From Acidimicrobiales bacterium (lineage in GTDB: Bacteria; Patescibacteriota; Minisyncoccia; Phycocordibacterales; UBA918): a stretch of 52,847 nucleotides of DNA. Below the pieces are notes generated by a model, which was not told the DNA's origin, made no database searches, and saw only the letters and a program-made list of their open reading frames with translations. The stretch is taken from assembly GCA_047638595.1 (NCBI GenBank), contig JBLIMJ010000005.1, forward strand, positions 1-52,847. Direction: 5' to 3'. This document shows, piece by piece, positions 39,690-49,610 of the stretch; the first letter of the stretch is position 1, and each line of letters begins with the position of its first letter. The translations under genes were made by a program, and so were the position numbers.

Positions 39690-41816
39690 TTATTTTGGGG
39701 TACCTTCCAGTTTTTCAGTATATTGATATACATTCACTCCAAGACTATTATCAATAATGAGCTGGTTGCCGGAAACATATAACGTGCTGCCTTCGTCCTG
39801 AGTCAGTCCATCTTCACTACTATAGATCTTCCACTGTTTAGTTTGTGTGTTGAACTTTACTAAACCTCTGTCGGTAAGGAGCCAGGCTACATCCTCATCC
39901 AAAACAGCATCTGTGACACCGTACCCAGGATTAACACCAAAAGCGTTCACGAGCATAGGGAGAGCAATCCGGTGGATTTCATCAGTACCATCTGGTCTAA
40001 TAGTTTTTACCTTGAGAATATTACGGTCTTCTTTTATATTTCTCTTTACATATTCAATATCACTTGAAGATTCAAAGGGTACAAACTCCCCATAATCAAT
40101 ATATTTGATATCAAATTCTGGATGTTCAGTTGCTTCTTGATAGGTTCTATTAGTAAGATTAAGAGCAAACGATTGCGGCTCTTCAGTGTAGGAGTTATGG
40201 AGAGTAATGCCAACTAACTCTTCGTCCCAGACCATTCTCCAACCTGAATTTATAGAATTGAATGACTCAGCTAATTCCAATTGACCAGTTTCTCTATTCC
40301 ATACGGTGGTTGTCGCTGAATATCCTGAATCATCCCGACATTCCATCCCATCGCAATACTCGGCAACATGAACAACTAGAGCAGTTGGGTACAACTTTGC
40401 TTTGACATCAAAACTATTTGACAACAAATCATCATCATTTAATTCAAAACTCGGTTTGTATTTTTGTATGTCGTATAGCACGACACCGTTTCTGGTCTTT
40501 ATTATCATCTCGCTACCTTGCACATCTAAGATTTGAGTGTCGGTATATTGGTATCGATTATAAATATCGGCAAAAGTTAATAGCTGCACATCTTCCGGAA
40601 CACCATCTACAGCACGAAATGTCACAACATACGGATGTTCTACAAAAAGCCTACTTGAAGGTCGAAGTATATACCGGTCGTGAATTTCGTCGTATGTAAT
40701 ATCAACCATACTTAAACTTGTACTGGCACTGTTGTTAAATAGTTGTGTATAGTCAATTGTGCGAGTCTCTTGTGAAATGATGTTGTAAGCTTGGAGCTTT
40801 TGTTGTTTTGAGAAGTAAAACCAATCATTTTCTAAATGTAAACCTATAGCTATTGGTTCAGCTCTGTCAAAAGTTCTGAGAACATTCCAAGTTTGTAACT
40901 CTCTATCAAAAACATACTCGGTATCATCTTCCTCAATAACTATATAGTCCTTGCTCCCCACGCTGGCATATACAGGATCGACCCTACTATTAACTTCTCC
41001 TTCAGTAACAAATGTTTCTGTTCCCCAAGCCGTCCATATTCCACTGGTTTTGTTTAATCGAGCCACTCCCCCAGTGTTGTAAGCATTCGCTGCCACTGTT
41101 ACCCAGACGGTATTCTGGTCTATGTAAAAAACGTTCGGCTGCCAGACACTTCCTGGAATACCAATTTCTCTCGAGTATGATTGGAAGGTTCGACTTGAAA
41201 GATCAAACCGAGACAAACCTCTGAATGTACCTATCCAAACGGTATTATTGTCGTAAGGATCAGGATGAAATCTAATATTTGATTTATCGGCTAAACCATC
41301 TTGGGTACTGTATAACTGTGTTTCATTAGTATCTAAATCATACACGCCGATACCTTCACCAGTCACAAATAGAATCAATCTACCTACTTTAGTGTAGTCT
41401 CCTAATTTTAGATTTGGCACTACATCGTAAAGAGAAATCGAAGTAATACTTCCTGTACCAGCGTCGTAAAGAGACAACCCTCTGTCGTCTCTGACGATAA
41501 AGGAAGTAGTGCTTTTTGGATCAGGCTTGACGTTAAATCTAGAAGTATTAGGAAAATATACTTTTTGAACAAAAGGCAACTGATTGTTATCAACTATTTC
41601 TTGAGTATCGCCGACTCTCTCCACGGAGTCTTGTGTGGCGGTGTTGTGATCAGCATTATCGCGAACATAAAAGATAGCAAGGATCATCGTTGCTACAGAC
41701 AGCACTACAAAGAACGATGCCGCCATCAGCACTTTTCTTTTAGTGCTGATCGTGCTGGTTTCAGTCTGGTGGGGATTCTCGTTTTCAATTTCTGCTGAAT
41801 TTTCAAGTTCTTGCAT
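39690..41816 (-). CDS. Membrane-anchored beta-propeller repeat protein
   Basis: Single N-terminal TM; YSTQDGL, VWIGTFRGL, YSSEDGL propeller-type repeats; start taken at MQELEN. Confidence 0.7.
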   Translation of the reverse strand: MQELENSAEIENENPHQTETSTISTKRKVLMAASFFVVLSVATMILAIFYVRDNADHNTATQDSVERVGDTQEIVDNNQLPFVQKVYFPNTSRFNVKPDPKSTTSFIVRDDRGLSLYDAGTGSITSISLYDVVPNLKLGDYTKVGRLILFVTGEGIGVYDLDTNETQLYSTQDGLADKSNIRFHPDPYDNNTVWIGTFRGLSRFDLSSRTFQSYSREIGIPGSVWQPNVFYIDQNTVWVTVAANAYNTGGVARLNKTSGIWTAWGTETFVTEGEVNSRVDPVYASVGSKDYIVIEEDDTEYVFDRELQTWNVLRTFDRAEPIAIGLHLENDWFYFSKQQKLQAYNIISQETRTIDYTQLFNNSASTSLSMVDITYDEIHDRYILRPSSRLFVEHPYVVTFRAVDGVPEDVQLLTFADIYNRYQYTDTQILDVQGSEMIIKTRNGVVLYDIQKYKPSFELNDDDLLSNSFDVKAKLYPTALVVHVAEYCDGMECRDDSGYSATTTVWNRETGQLELAESFNSINSGWRMVWDEELVGITLHNSYTEEPQSFALNLTNRTYQEATEHPEFDIKYIDYGEFVPFESSSDIEYVKRNIKEDRNILKVKTIRPDGTDEIHRIALPMLVNAFGVNPGYGVTDAVLDEDVAWLLTDRGLVKFNTQTKQWKIYSSEDGLTQDEGSTLYVSGNQLIIDNSLGVNVYQYTEKLEGTPK

Positions 41817-41937
41817 AAGCTTAATAATAACACCCTCGTTAAATTCAGTCACTCCACGAGTCAACAATCTTCAAAAAATTCACACACTCCATTTCAATCA
41901 AAGAGGTTCTAACTTGGTACAAAGTCTTCCACCACGG

Positions 41938-41965
41938 AAAATACCCTTACTTGTAGGGGTATTTT
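41938..41965. terminator. Terminator-like hairpin after the degenerate att copy
   Basis: AAAATACCCT-TACTTGT-AGGGGTATTTT. Confidence 0.6.
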
Positions 41966-42046
41966 TGTTTTTGAAATTCAATTTCAAAGTAGGAGTCAGA
42001 TATGAGGTGCAAAAAGGGTGTGAGCAACCTCATGTATAATGTGAAC

Positions 42047-42571
42047 ATGATTAAATTAGCAAAAAAGTCATTTTCTATGGATTTGTTACTTGACTTGTTT
42101 TTGCTAATAACTACACCTATCATCTTCGGTCCAAAAGCAGCTGTTCTGTTTTTCTTCTTTTACCCCTTACCAGCAACCATATTCTCTCTCGCTGCACGAA
42201 CTCTTCACAAAGATACTGCGACAAGGATAAAAATGATTTTTAATTACGCCTCTGTAGCATCAAGACTTTCACTTGTAACAATCGTCTTATTCGGGATAGT
42301 AAATACCAATATTGTTCTTCCTCAGTATAGTGGTTTGTTGGACCCTTTGTTTGAACCAAGTATAGGAAACTACTGGAGTGTTATATTTCACATTTTAAGT
42401 CAACTATTCATATTTACACTACTTGTCAAAACATATAACAGCTATTTTTCATTCAAATACAATGTCACCACATACACCAACAGATTAGGAGTTTACGTTC
42501 TGGAATTCTATCTATTCATACTGGCCTATATTTGTGTCATTATTGTTTTACAATACTTAATAACTATTTAG
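42047..42571 (+). CDS. Hypothetical multi-TM membrane protein
   Basis: Hydrophobic ORF; ATG 42047 lies 6 nt after TATAAT. Confidence 0.6.
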   Translation: MIKLAKKSFSMDLLLDLFLLITTPIIFGPKAAVLFFFFYPLPATIFSLAARTLHKDTATRIKMIFNYASVASRLSLVTIVLFGIVNTNIVLPQYSGLLDPLFEPSIGNYWSVIFHILSQLFIFTLLVKTYNSYFSFKYNVTTYTNRLGVYVLEFYLFILAYICVIIVLQYLITI

Positions 42572-42785
42572 CACGATTCCACTACCACCTTGTGATACTA
42601 ATCCCCTTCAAACCAAGCTCTCGCTTGGTCTTTTTAATGCTGCAATCCTCTCTGAAGCTTCTAAAACCCAAGTATGTAGGTGGTTCCAACTTTGCTCCGC
42701 TATGTCCACAGAATATAGAAGTATGTAGAAGAATAGAAAGCTTACTCATCACTGGGTGAGCTTCTTTATTTGGTATACCGGAACC

Positions 42786-43280
42786 ATGAATCCACTTGTA
42801 TTACTCAGAGAACTAAGTTTACTTAAAGGAAATAAAACGGTGCTAGATGTAGGAACAAAAAATGGTTTTATTGCTTCTCAGTTCGCTGAACTTGGAATGG
42901 AAGTTGATGCGTTTGATATAAATGACCCCAAGGAAGAAATAGCTAAAGTTAACTTCCAAAAAATTGGAGTCAGGGATTTCTTAGAGAGCAACACCAAAAC
43001 TTACCATATCACTGTCTGTCGTCATGTACTTCACCATTTAGATAAACCAAAAGAAATCATTGAGGAACTAAACAAAATTTCAGGAATTTTCTTATTTACA
43101 TACTTTGGACCAAAAGATGATTGGTCTGACAAGGTAAGTACACTTACCCACGAGGAAGTTTTAGGATTATTCGGACCAGAAACAATACGTCATCATTCGG
43201 AAACGTTTCAGTACGGTAAGACATATGCCCAAGAGATGAAATTTTGGCATATAAACACTTTTGTAATCAAAAACGACTAG
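42786..43280 (+). CDS. Class I SAM-dependent methyltransferase
   Basis: VLDVGTKNG, AFDIN, RHVLHHL motifs. Confidence 0.8.
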   Translation: MNPLVLLRELSLLKGNKTVLDVGTKNGFIASQFAELGMEVDAFDINDPKEEIAKVNFQKIGVRDFLESNTKTYHITVCRHVLHHLDKPKEIIEELNKISGIFLFTYFGPKDDWSDKVSTLTHEEVLGLFGPETIRHHSETFQYGKTYAQEMKFWHINTFVIKND

Positions 43281-43522
43281 TCACCACAAATCAACAATTT
43301 TAAGAAAATTCGTACACTCCATTTCAATCAAAGAGATTTTCACCACAAGGGCATTTCCGTTTTCATATTCCCTTTGGTCATTTAAAACTAGGTCAACTTG
43401 GAGTAAACATCTCCACCAAAACACAGCCACGCGTAAGGGTGGTTTTGTGTTTTCTGTGTAGATAGTACAGTCAATACTGTTGATTTGAGTAGCATATTTG
43501 GTGCGGAGTAAAGTCTTGGACA

Positions 43523-43556
43523 TATAAAAATACTTCCAGCGGGAAGTATTTTTATA
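43523..43556. terminator. Intrinsic terminator
   Basis: ATAAAAATACTTCC-AGC-GGGAAGTATTTTTAT. Confidence 0.7.
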
Positions 43557-43568
43557 TGACTCTTACTC

Positions 43569-44750
43569 TCAGTTCTCAACTGTCTCACTCTCCTCTTCTA
43601 CGACTTCATCTTCTTTACGTGTATTTATCGCGACGAGTGTAAACAATACTGCCAACACTGCACCGGCAACACCTATACCTACCCACGGAATCCATATATA
43701 TCGTTCCGTGAGGCGGCTTTCTTCTTCATCACACACATCTCCAATTCCATCACCATCTTCATCTTCCTGTCTTCTGTTTGGCTGGTTTTGACAATTATCA
43801 TCACTATTTATACGCCCATCTCTGTCGAAGTCATCACACGCATCCCCTCTTCCGTTGCTGTCGATATCTTCTTGGTCTAAGTTGGCAGTACGTACACAGT
43901 TATCGAACACATCGCGTACGCCATCTTTATCGACATCAGCAGGTATATACCATGGACTTGCCGCTATTTCAGCAAAGCCAAGTTTTAAGACACCAGTGTC
44001 TGAGTAGAGGTCGCCTCCCTCAGTTGTCTTCACTCTTACGGGACGATCAGCGTTAAAATAAATACCATACATCATTTCAGGCTGTGCCAAGAAACGAAGT
44101 GTCTGACTCACGTCGGACTTTATATTTTCCTGCACCAGTGTAAGTTCTGCGATGCGTAACGGTTGTGCATACGTGAACGTGATCTCCCATGTGTCTGCAG
44201 TAGTTTCAGGGAATGTGAGTGTGTTGCTCCTCATTGATTTTGTCGCAACCACAGTCTTTACCCCCATTTGGGTTGTTGCTTTCACTGCGACAGTCAACGG
44301 TAGTGCAACATACTGATCTAAACTCAAGTAAATCTGTGAAGCAGTCACTGGTTGTACACTGCTGAGCATAATGCTCACAGTACCATTTCCCCGTTCAGGA
44401 ACTTCAAAGTCAATGGAGGTATCGAAATCTCTATCTACTAAATAATGACTTTGTCTTTGTATGGGGACCGTACTGGCAGTTATTTGTTCTTCTTCTTGTG
44501 TGTAGGTACTTTGAAAATATGAGCTTATATAAGTATCAGTATCTTCTTCGTACACAAGAAAACTATTATTCTCATACAGACGATTTGTAAATGTTACTTC
44601 AACAACCGTCGGCACAACCAGATCAAATGAATCTATCTCTGCATAGCTTCGAAATGCCTCCTCGGGTGCCGGTAGTGCAATAGATTCTGCAGATACAGAA
44701 CTCACTATCAGTAAAAATAATACACTCAGCGTAATAGTTATTTTTTTCAT
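43569..44750 (-). CDS. Surface protein with thrombospondin type 3 repeats and C-terminal TM
   Basis: Signal peptide; D.D.DGV.D..DNC...N..Q.D.D..G.GD.CD repeats. Confidence 0.85.
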   Translation of the reverse strand: MKKITITLSVLFLLIVSSVSAESIALPAPEEAFRSYAEIDSFDLVVPTVVEVTFTNRLYENNSFLVYEEDTDTYISSYFQSTYTQEEEQITASTVPIQRQSHYLVDRDFDTSIDFEVPERGNGTVSIMLSSVQPVTASQIYLSLDQYVALPLTVAVKATTQMGVKTVVATKSMRSNTLTFPETTADTWEITFTYAQPLRIAELTLVQENIKSDVSQTLRFLAQPEMMYGIYFNADRPVRVKTTEGGDLYSDTGVLKLGFAEIAASPWYIPADVDKDGVRDVFDNCVRTANLDQEDIDSNGRGDACDDFDRDGRINSDDNCQNQPNRRQEDEDGDGIGDVCDEEESRLTERYIWIPWVGIGVAGAVLAVLFTLVAINTRKEDEVVEEESETVEN

Positions 44751-44753
44751 ACG

Positions 44754-46535
44754 TTATTTCAATATATCACCACTAGTCTCCTTTGGAGATTTCTTAATGA
44801 ATCCAGTTGAAACCAGGAGGAGGCCTACGGCTAAGAATAAAGCAACATTTGCACCACTGCTCATTATCCATACTTCGACCATTAATAGTCGTGCAATTAC
44901 TATAGTGACAAACACAACACCGGCAATTTTTGTTTCTTTATGGTCGTGTTTCTTACCATATATATATAGTGCAAGCCCGCTAATTGTGTATATAACTAAC
45001 GAGAGTACGGTTGCTGTCTCGTCAAACAGTACAGCGTGGAGGACAAGCCAGATAAGTGCAACTACATACGCTACTCCACTGCTAATAAGTACCCGTACAA
45101 GCACATGCAGAGACTCATCAATTTCTTTATCTTGATTGTACGTTTTTTCGATAAAGAGACCTGTTACAAAAAGTACCGAGGTAAGGAGTACGAGTACCGC
45201 AAAATCGCTATGCAGTACTCCACTATTCCAGCTTGATGCTCCAAGACTTTCTACCGAAAGCACAATGGGAACAACAAACAATAAACTCAGTTTTGTAAAC
45301 ACATTTTTCGGAGAACGTAGTACCGCTGCCATAGAGAGCAGAATTCCAATTTCAAGCGTATATGCAATGGTAAGTACTGGACCGCTTAATTCTGCGGCAG
45401 TTGCAGCACCAATCAGTGCCAAGGCTGTTCCTCCATACAAATAGAAAACGGTACGATTTGAAGTAAGAGTATAGGTTAAATACGCTCCTACTCCAAAGAC
45501 AAGTGCCCAAGCAGTATAGAGTAAACTTTGCCACTGAGGGCTTGCTGCTGCAGTTACCCATACAAATAAGTATATTGCTGTAGCAAAAGCGGTGTACACC
45601 TGTGCAGAGTTATGCTTCTTACCTTTAAGGTATATCAAGCTCACGATGTTGGTCACATAAAAGATAGCAACAAATACAAATGAGAACAACAACACCAAAT
45701 CTTGTTCAAACTCGTTAAAGTCTCCAAGGAAAGGCATACTCTGAAAGAATACGAGAGAAACAGCAACTGCGACCAGCGAACTCCATCCTGTTTTGAATAC
45801 TACCCACAATGCACCCATTACTACTACCATGAGGTACGAGAAAAACATTACAATATCTGGTTCTGGAGCGTTTATAAAGTAAGGGGCAATACTTCCAGTA
45901 ACAAGTCCAGCAATGGCAAGTCTTTGACTGTTATATCTAACGCTTACAAACGTGACAAAAATAGTCGTCATAAACATCGCAAATAGTACAGAAGCTGGAG
46001 TAAAGAAATTATATACTTCTCGTGCTGCAAAGAGTGTCAGGATAATGGTCATCGTGCCAAGTACTGTAAGGATGAAGCCTTGGTGCGCAAATGTCTTTAT
46101 ACGCCGCACACCGAGTACTAAGAAGGCGGTACCTACCAACAGTCCGAGTACAATACGCCCCATTGGGCCAATTAGATTACTAGTAAAAGCGCCAAGTAAA
46201 AACATTGAAATTGCGATAATCAAAAGAAACGCACCCAGTTTTACAAAGAAGTCTTGCTTAAGCCACTCCATAAAAGGATTTGGTGCGGGCTGCACCATAA
46301 CTGGAGGAGGTACTACTGAAGACTGCATTACTACGGGAGGAGATGAAGCATCCCCAGTTGCCACTGGAGCCTGTTCGTGTGCCATACCTGGGTACATTTG
46401 TGACACTGGAGCAGTTTGTGGTGCCTGCACACCGTGCTCTGCCTCAAGTTTTTCTACACGTTGCTTTAACGCTGTGACTTTTTGTGCTGCAATAAAAAGA
46501 TAGATTATAATGCAGATGCCTATAAGAATTCCCAT
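44754..46535 (-). CDS. DUF2339-like polytopic membrane protein
   Basis: N-terminal coiled coil and Pro-rich linker, then many TMs (IGPMGRIVLGL). Confidence 0.75.
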   Translation of the reverse strand: MGILIGICIIIYLFIAAQKVTALKQRVEKLEAEHGVQAPQTAPVSQMYPGMAHEQAPVATGDASSPPVVMQSSVVPPPVMVQPAPNPFMEWLKQDFFVKLGAFLLIIAISMFLLGAFTSNLIGPMGRIVLGLLVGTAFLVLGVRRIKTFAHQGFILTVLGTMTIILTLFAAREVYNFFTPASVLFAMFMTTIFVTFVSVRYNSQRLAIAGLVTGSIAPYFINAPEPDIVMFFSYLMVVVMGALWVVFKTGWSSLVAVAVSLVFFQSMPFLGDFNEFEQDLVLLFSFVFVAIFYVTNIVSLIYLKGKKHNSAQVYTAFATAIYLFVWVTAAASPQWQSLLYTAWALVFGVGAYLTYTLTSNRTVFYLYGGTALALIGAATAAELSGPVLTIAYTLEIGILLSMAAVLRSPKNVFTKLSLLFVVPIVLSVESLGASSWNSGVLHSDFAVLVLLTSVLFVTGLFIEKTYNQDKEIDESLHVLVRVLISSGVAYVVALIWLVLHAVLFDETATVLSLVIYTISGLALYIYGKKHDHKETKIAGVVFVTIVIARLLMVEVWIMSSGANVALFLAVGLLLVSTGFIKKSPKETSGDILK

Positions 46536-46812
46536 ATTAAAAATATTAGTTAATTGGTTGACGATTAATTACTTTATTTATTATATCCTATAATGCCCTT
46601 GATTTAGATAGATGTAAAATAAATATGTTTACGGAAATATCTTCCATCTGTAGCGTGAATTATTCAAATTATGGTTTCCATAGGGAATAACTCACACTCG
46701 TTACCCTCATAAACAAATGGTAGACGCGCAAAGTTTAAAACTCCACGACCTGTATTTTTTATCAGGTGGCTTGATATGTTTTTTACTTCCTTGGATAGGA
46801 AATAGTAAGAGG

Positions 46813-46852
46813 ATGTAAAAGGTCGAACGCAAAGCGTTCGACCTTTTTACAT
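46813..46852. terminator. Intrinsic terminator after the ackA remnant
   Basis: ATGTAAAAGGTCGAACGC-AAA-GCGTTCGACCTTTTTACAT. Confidence 0.75.
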
Positions 46853-47021
46853 TCCGTGAGTCACTAACTCCATCTCCCCCATTTCATCAGTCTGGATAAC
46901 TGCTATTTGCACCTTACTATCTGGTGCATGAATAAATCCTTCTCTACCGATAAGTGTTTCATTTTCTCATCATCAAGCTCAATACCTAGTAATGATAATT
47001 TGGGCAACAACAAGCTACGTA
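46847..47021 (-). pseudogene. ackA: Acetate kinase C-terminal fragment (frameshifted)
   Basis: VRSLLLPKLSLLGIELDDEK / NETLIGREGFIHAPDSKVQIAVIQTDEMGEM, matching the AckA LGI.LD...N...S.V.V.VI.TDE pattern. Confidence 0.7.
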
Positions 47022-47361
47022 CTTTTGGAGTTCGTAAGATAATCATTGGCCATCTGGGTGTCTGTGTGAGTGTTCCTACGCGTGCACAGTGTTGTGTAAA
47101 GAGAATATCAGTTACTGCATGGTCGAGTGTGTTTTGTATACGTGCATGCACATCTTCTTAAACATATACATCCGCAATATATGGGTCATAACCATACCCA
47201 CAAAAAAGATTTAAAAGTTCTTCATCACTCATGGGACCGAAAAAGGTTGGGCCAGAAATCTTATATCAGTTGAGCTGCAGTATCGACAACACTGCGCCGT
47301 TGGTTGCAGGATCAATGAGTTTATTTAAATGTCATGCAGTAGCAGTCGGACCTGTTTCAGC
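47021..47361 (-). pseudogene. xfp: Phosphoketolase internal fragment with in-frame stops
   Basis: [37 protein letters not shown]...GYGYDP...PRWPMIILRTPK. Confidence 0.85.
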
Positions 47362-47366
47362 TAAAG

Positions 47367-47954
47367 CTAGATTCCTTCTACAGTATCTGTCGGGATTTTC
47401 TCAGGAACCTCTTCTTCGACAACACCCCCATCAACCTCTTCTGACGCAACCTCCTGCTCTTCTTGTAACACCTCATCAGTGGAACTCGCAACTGCATCAG
47501 TTGAAGAAGCAACTGTATCATCGACAACCACAACTGGTTCCGGCTCTGCAACAGGCACTCCTGAAGGTACTAACCCACCATCAGGAACAGCGGTGCGTGT
47601 TTGTTGCACTGGAATGGTATCAATCAAGTCACGCTCCTCTTGTGACGCCCCTTCTTTTTGACTTTCAATAGTCTCCTTGATACTAATCTGTCCCTCACCA
47701 GAGACACCTACAAAAACAGAAACTCCTACAAAAAATATAAACGCTACTACCCCAGTAATAACCACAACATTTATTTTTCCTTTCTGTGTTTCAGGTACCG
47801 ATGTTGGAGCTTTCCGTACCGCACTCTTGGTGACAGTTTTAGAGGAAGTTTTAGAGGAAGTTTTACGTGGCGCTGTTTTAGAAGCAGCTTTACGTGTAGC
47901 TACTTTTCGTGTAGTTTTTTTTATTGCTTTTTTAGGAACTGCTTTTTCCGCCAT
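47367..47954 (-). CDS. Membrane protein with Lys-rich histone-like N-terminus and acidic C-terminus
   Basis: KKAIKKTTRKVATRKAASK..., single TM, Glu/Asp-rich tail. Confidence 0.7.
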   Translation of the reverse strand: MAEKAVPKKAIKKTTRKVATRKAASKTAPRKTSSKTSSKTVTKSAVRKAPTSVPETQKGKINVVVITGVVAFIFFVGVSVFVGVSGEGQISIKETIESQKEGASQEERDLIDTIPVQQTRTAVPDGGLVPSGVPVAEPEPVVVVDDTVASSTDAVASSTDEVLQEEQEVASEEVDGGVVEEEVPEKIPTDTVEGI

Positions 47955-47996
47955 GGTAAAAGTTATGTTGATATTGTACCACTCTCTAAAATAATT

Positions 47997-49610
47997 TTAC
48001 CTACTACTTATTATAAACTTTTTTCGTATTACAAGAACCGTAATACGACCAACAATACACAGTGCAAAAAAACTAGAGAAAAGTGTTATAAAAAAATACT
48101 CACCTACTTTTTCATAAATAGTTACTTTCCTTTCTTCTGGTACAGGCACTTCTACATACAATACTCCACTTTCTCTATGCGGCATGTATGCAATGAGTTT
48201 TCCTGTTGCATCAAAAACAGCAGATGGCCCGAATTTATTCGATCGTATAACAGGAACGTGTATCTCTGAAGCTCGTAACTGCGCATTGAGATGATTGTAT
48301 TCACTAGCTATTTCATTATTGAACATTGCTTCGGAACCAATAGCAAAGATCACGTCCGCGTATACGGCATTTTCTTTTGCGATATGCTCATTTGTCACCT
48401 CAGAACACACGAGACTCCCTACACGGATAGAGCCTATTGTGGTTCCGCTGGTGGACAACGTACCTGGAGTTGCATTGTAGGGCAAACTTGTAATACCTAT
48501 TTTTTCAGCCCACGCCGGATTGTAGTCAAAAAATGGAAAAAGTTCCCTCTTTCTATCAAGTCCAATTAATTCTCCGTTTTGCCAATATACAATTTCGTTA
48601 AAATACTGACCTGCTCGATACGTCGTGTACCACGTAACGAATACAACGTCTTCAGGAATATTTTTCTGTACCCATTGACTAAATATAGTATCAGTCATAA
48701 CAATCTGTCCCCGAACTGTCGAAGTATTATCGATAAAGTCTTCTGACAGCAATCCGAACCAGGGACTAAATGGATAGACGATAACATCTGGCTGGCTTCC
48801 GTTTGTTTCCTGTACATATTCCTCAAGAACTGGAGCAGTAAACACACCGTTTGTTACACTCCCAAATACAGAGTCTGGTGAACGATCCTGATCCTGGATC
48901 AGTGCAACAGATAAATAACTTTTCACAGGATATTCAGTGGTAAAAAAAGTCTGGTACAAAAATAAGGGGAGGGAAAAAACTATTATTATACCTATACATA
49001 CATATGCATAGGTATATTTTTCATTAAGAAAGAGTATCACTGCTTCTGCCAATATTGCATTAACCAGAAGAGCTACAAACGTAAGTAATGCTGAACCACC
49101 CAACGACACTACAACATGCATAAATTCATTTGGGATAGCGGCATACGCTACAGAGAGAAAGTTGTAATCCAAAAATACAATTTGTAATCCATACTCAATA
49201 AATGTATATGAACTGAAAAATAATATCCGCCACAATGAAGTGTTGCCTAAAGATTTAAGTTTTACTAACGCTACCATCCAAAGAGAAATAATGGTAGCAA
49301 CACTCGCAATTGCCAATGCGACAATAAGCTTGATAAATGTAAGAAATATTCCACTATCTGAAAACCATATAAAGCTATTGGACATGGAAAGTACCACATA
49401 TCCAACAAAAATAAGTGCAAACAAACCTCCTCCAAGAAGGGCTGCTTTATATGTAGAGATTTTATATATAAATATATATAACGGCACCAGAGCTATAAAA
49501 ACTAATGGAGTGAAGGAAAAAGGAGGTAATGAAAATATAAGAAGAAAACCTGACAGTGCAGGTAATCCATATAGATACGATTCTATGTATGTATCAACCT
49601 TTCCCTTCAT
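47997..49610 (-). CDS. lnt: Apolipoprotein N-acyltransferase-like protein (TM region plus nitrilase fold)
   Basis: LPPF..., VALIQ, KRELFPF, VCSE, RASE...RSNKFGPSAVFD. Confidence 0.75.
   Translation of the reverse strand: MKGKVDTYIESYLYGLPALSGFLLIFSLPPFSFTPLVFIALVPLYIFIYKISTYKAALLGGGLFALIFVGYVVLSMSNSFIWFSDSGIFLTFIKLIVALAIASVATIISLWMVALVKLKSLGNTSLWRILFFSSYTFIEYGLQIVFLDYNFLSVAYAAIPNEFMHVVVSLGGSALLTFVALLVNAILAEAVILFLNEKYTYAYVCIGIIIVFSLPLFLYQTFFTTEYPVKSYLSVALIQDQDRSPDSVFGSVTNGVFTAPVLEEYVQETNGSQPDVIVYPFSPWFGLLSEDFIDNTSTVRGQIVMTDTIFSQWVQKNIPEDVVFVTWYTTYRAGQYFNEIVYWQNGELIGLDRKRELFPFFDYNPAWAEKIGITSLPYNATPGTLSTSGTTIGSIRVGSLVCSEVTNEHIAKENAVYADVIFAIGSEAMFNNEIASEYNHLNAQLRASEIHVPVIRSNKFGPSAVFDATGKLIAYMPHRESGVLYVEVPVPEERKVTIYEKVGEYFFITLFSSFFALCIVGRITVLVIRKKFIISSR

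Larger units (their letters stand above)
39637..43420. mobile_element. Genomic islet at the tmRNA 3' end, no integrase visible
   Basis: ACATCTCCACCAAA at 39625-39638 repeated at 43407-43420; internal repeat 41847-41934 vs 43279-43418. Confidence 0.65.

Noticed and set aside
47231-48269. Plus-strand ORFs 47231-47671, 47658-48269 and 47677-47994
   Set aside because: Antisense shadows of the Lys-rich membrane protein gene and the lnt-like gene.
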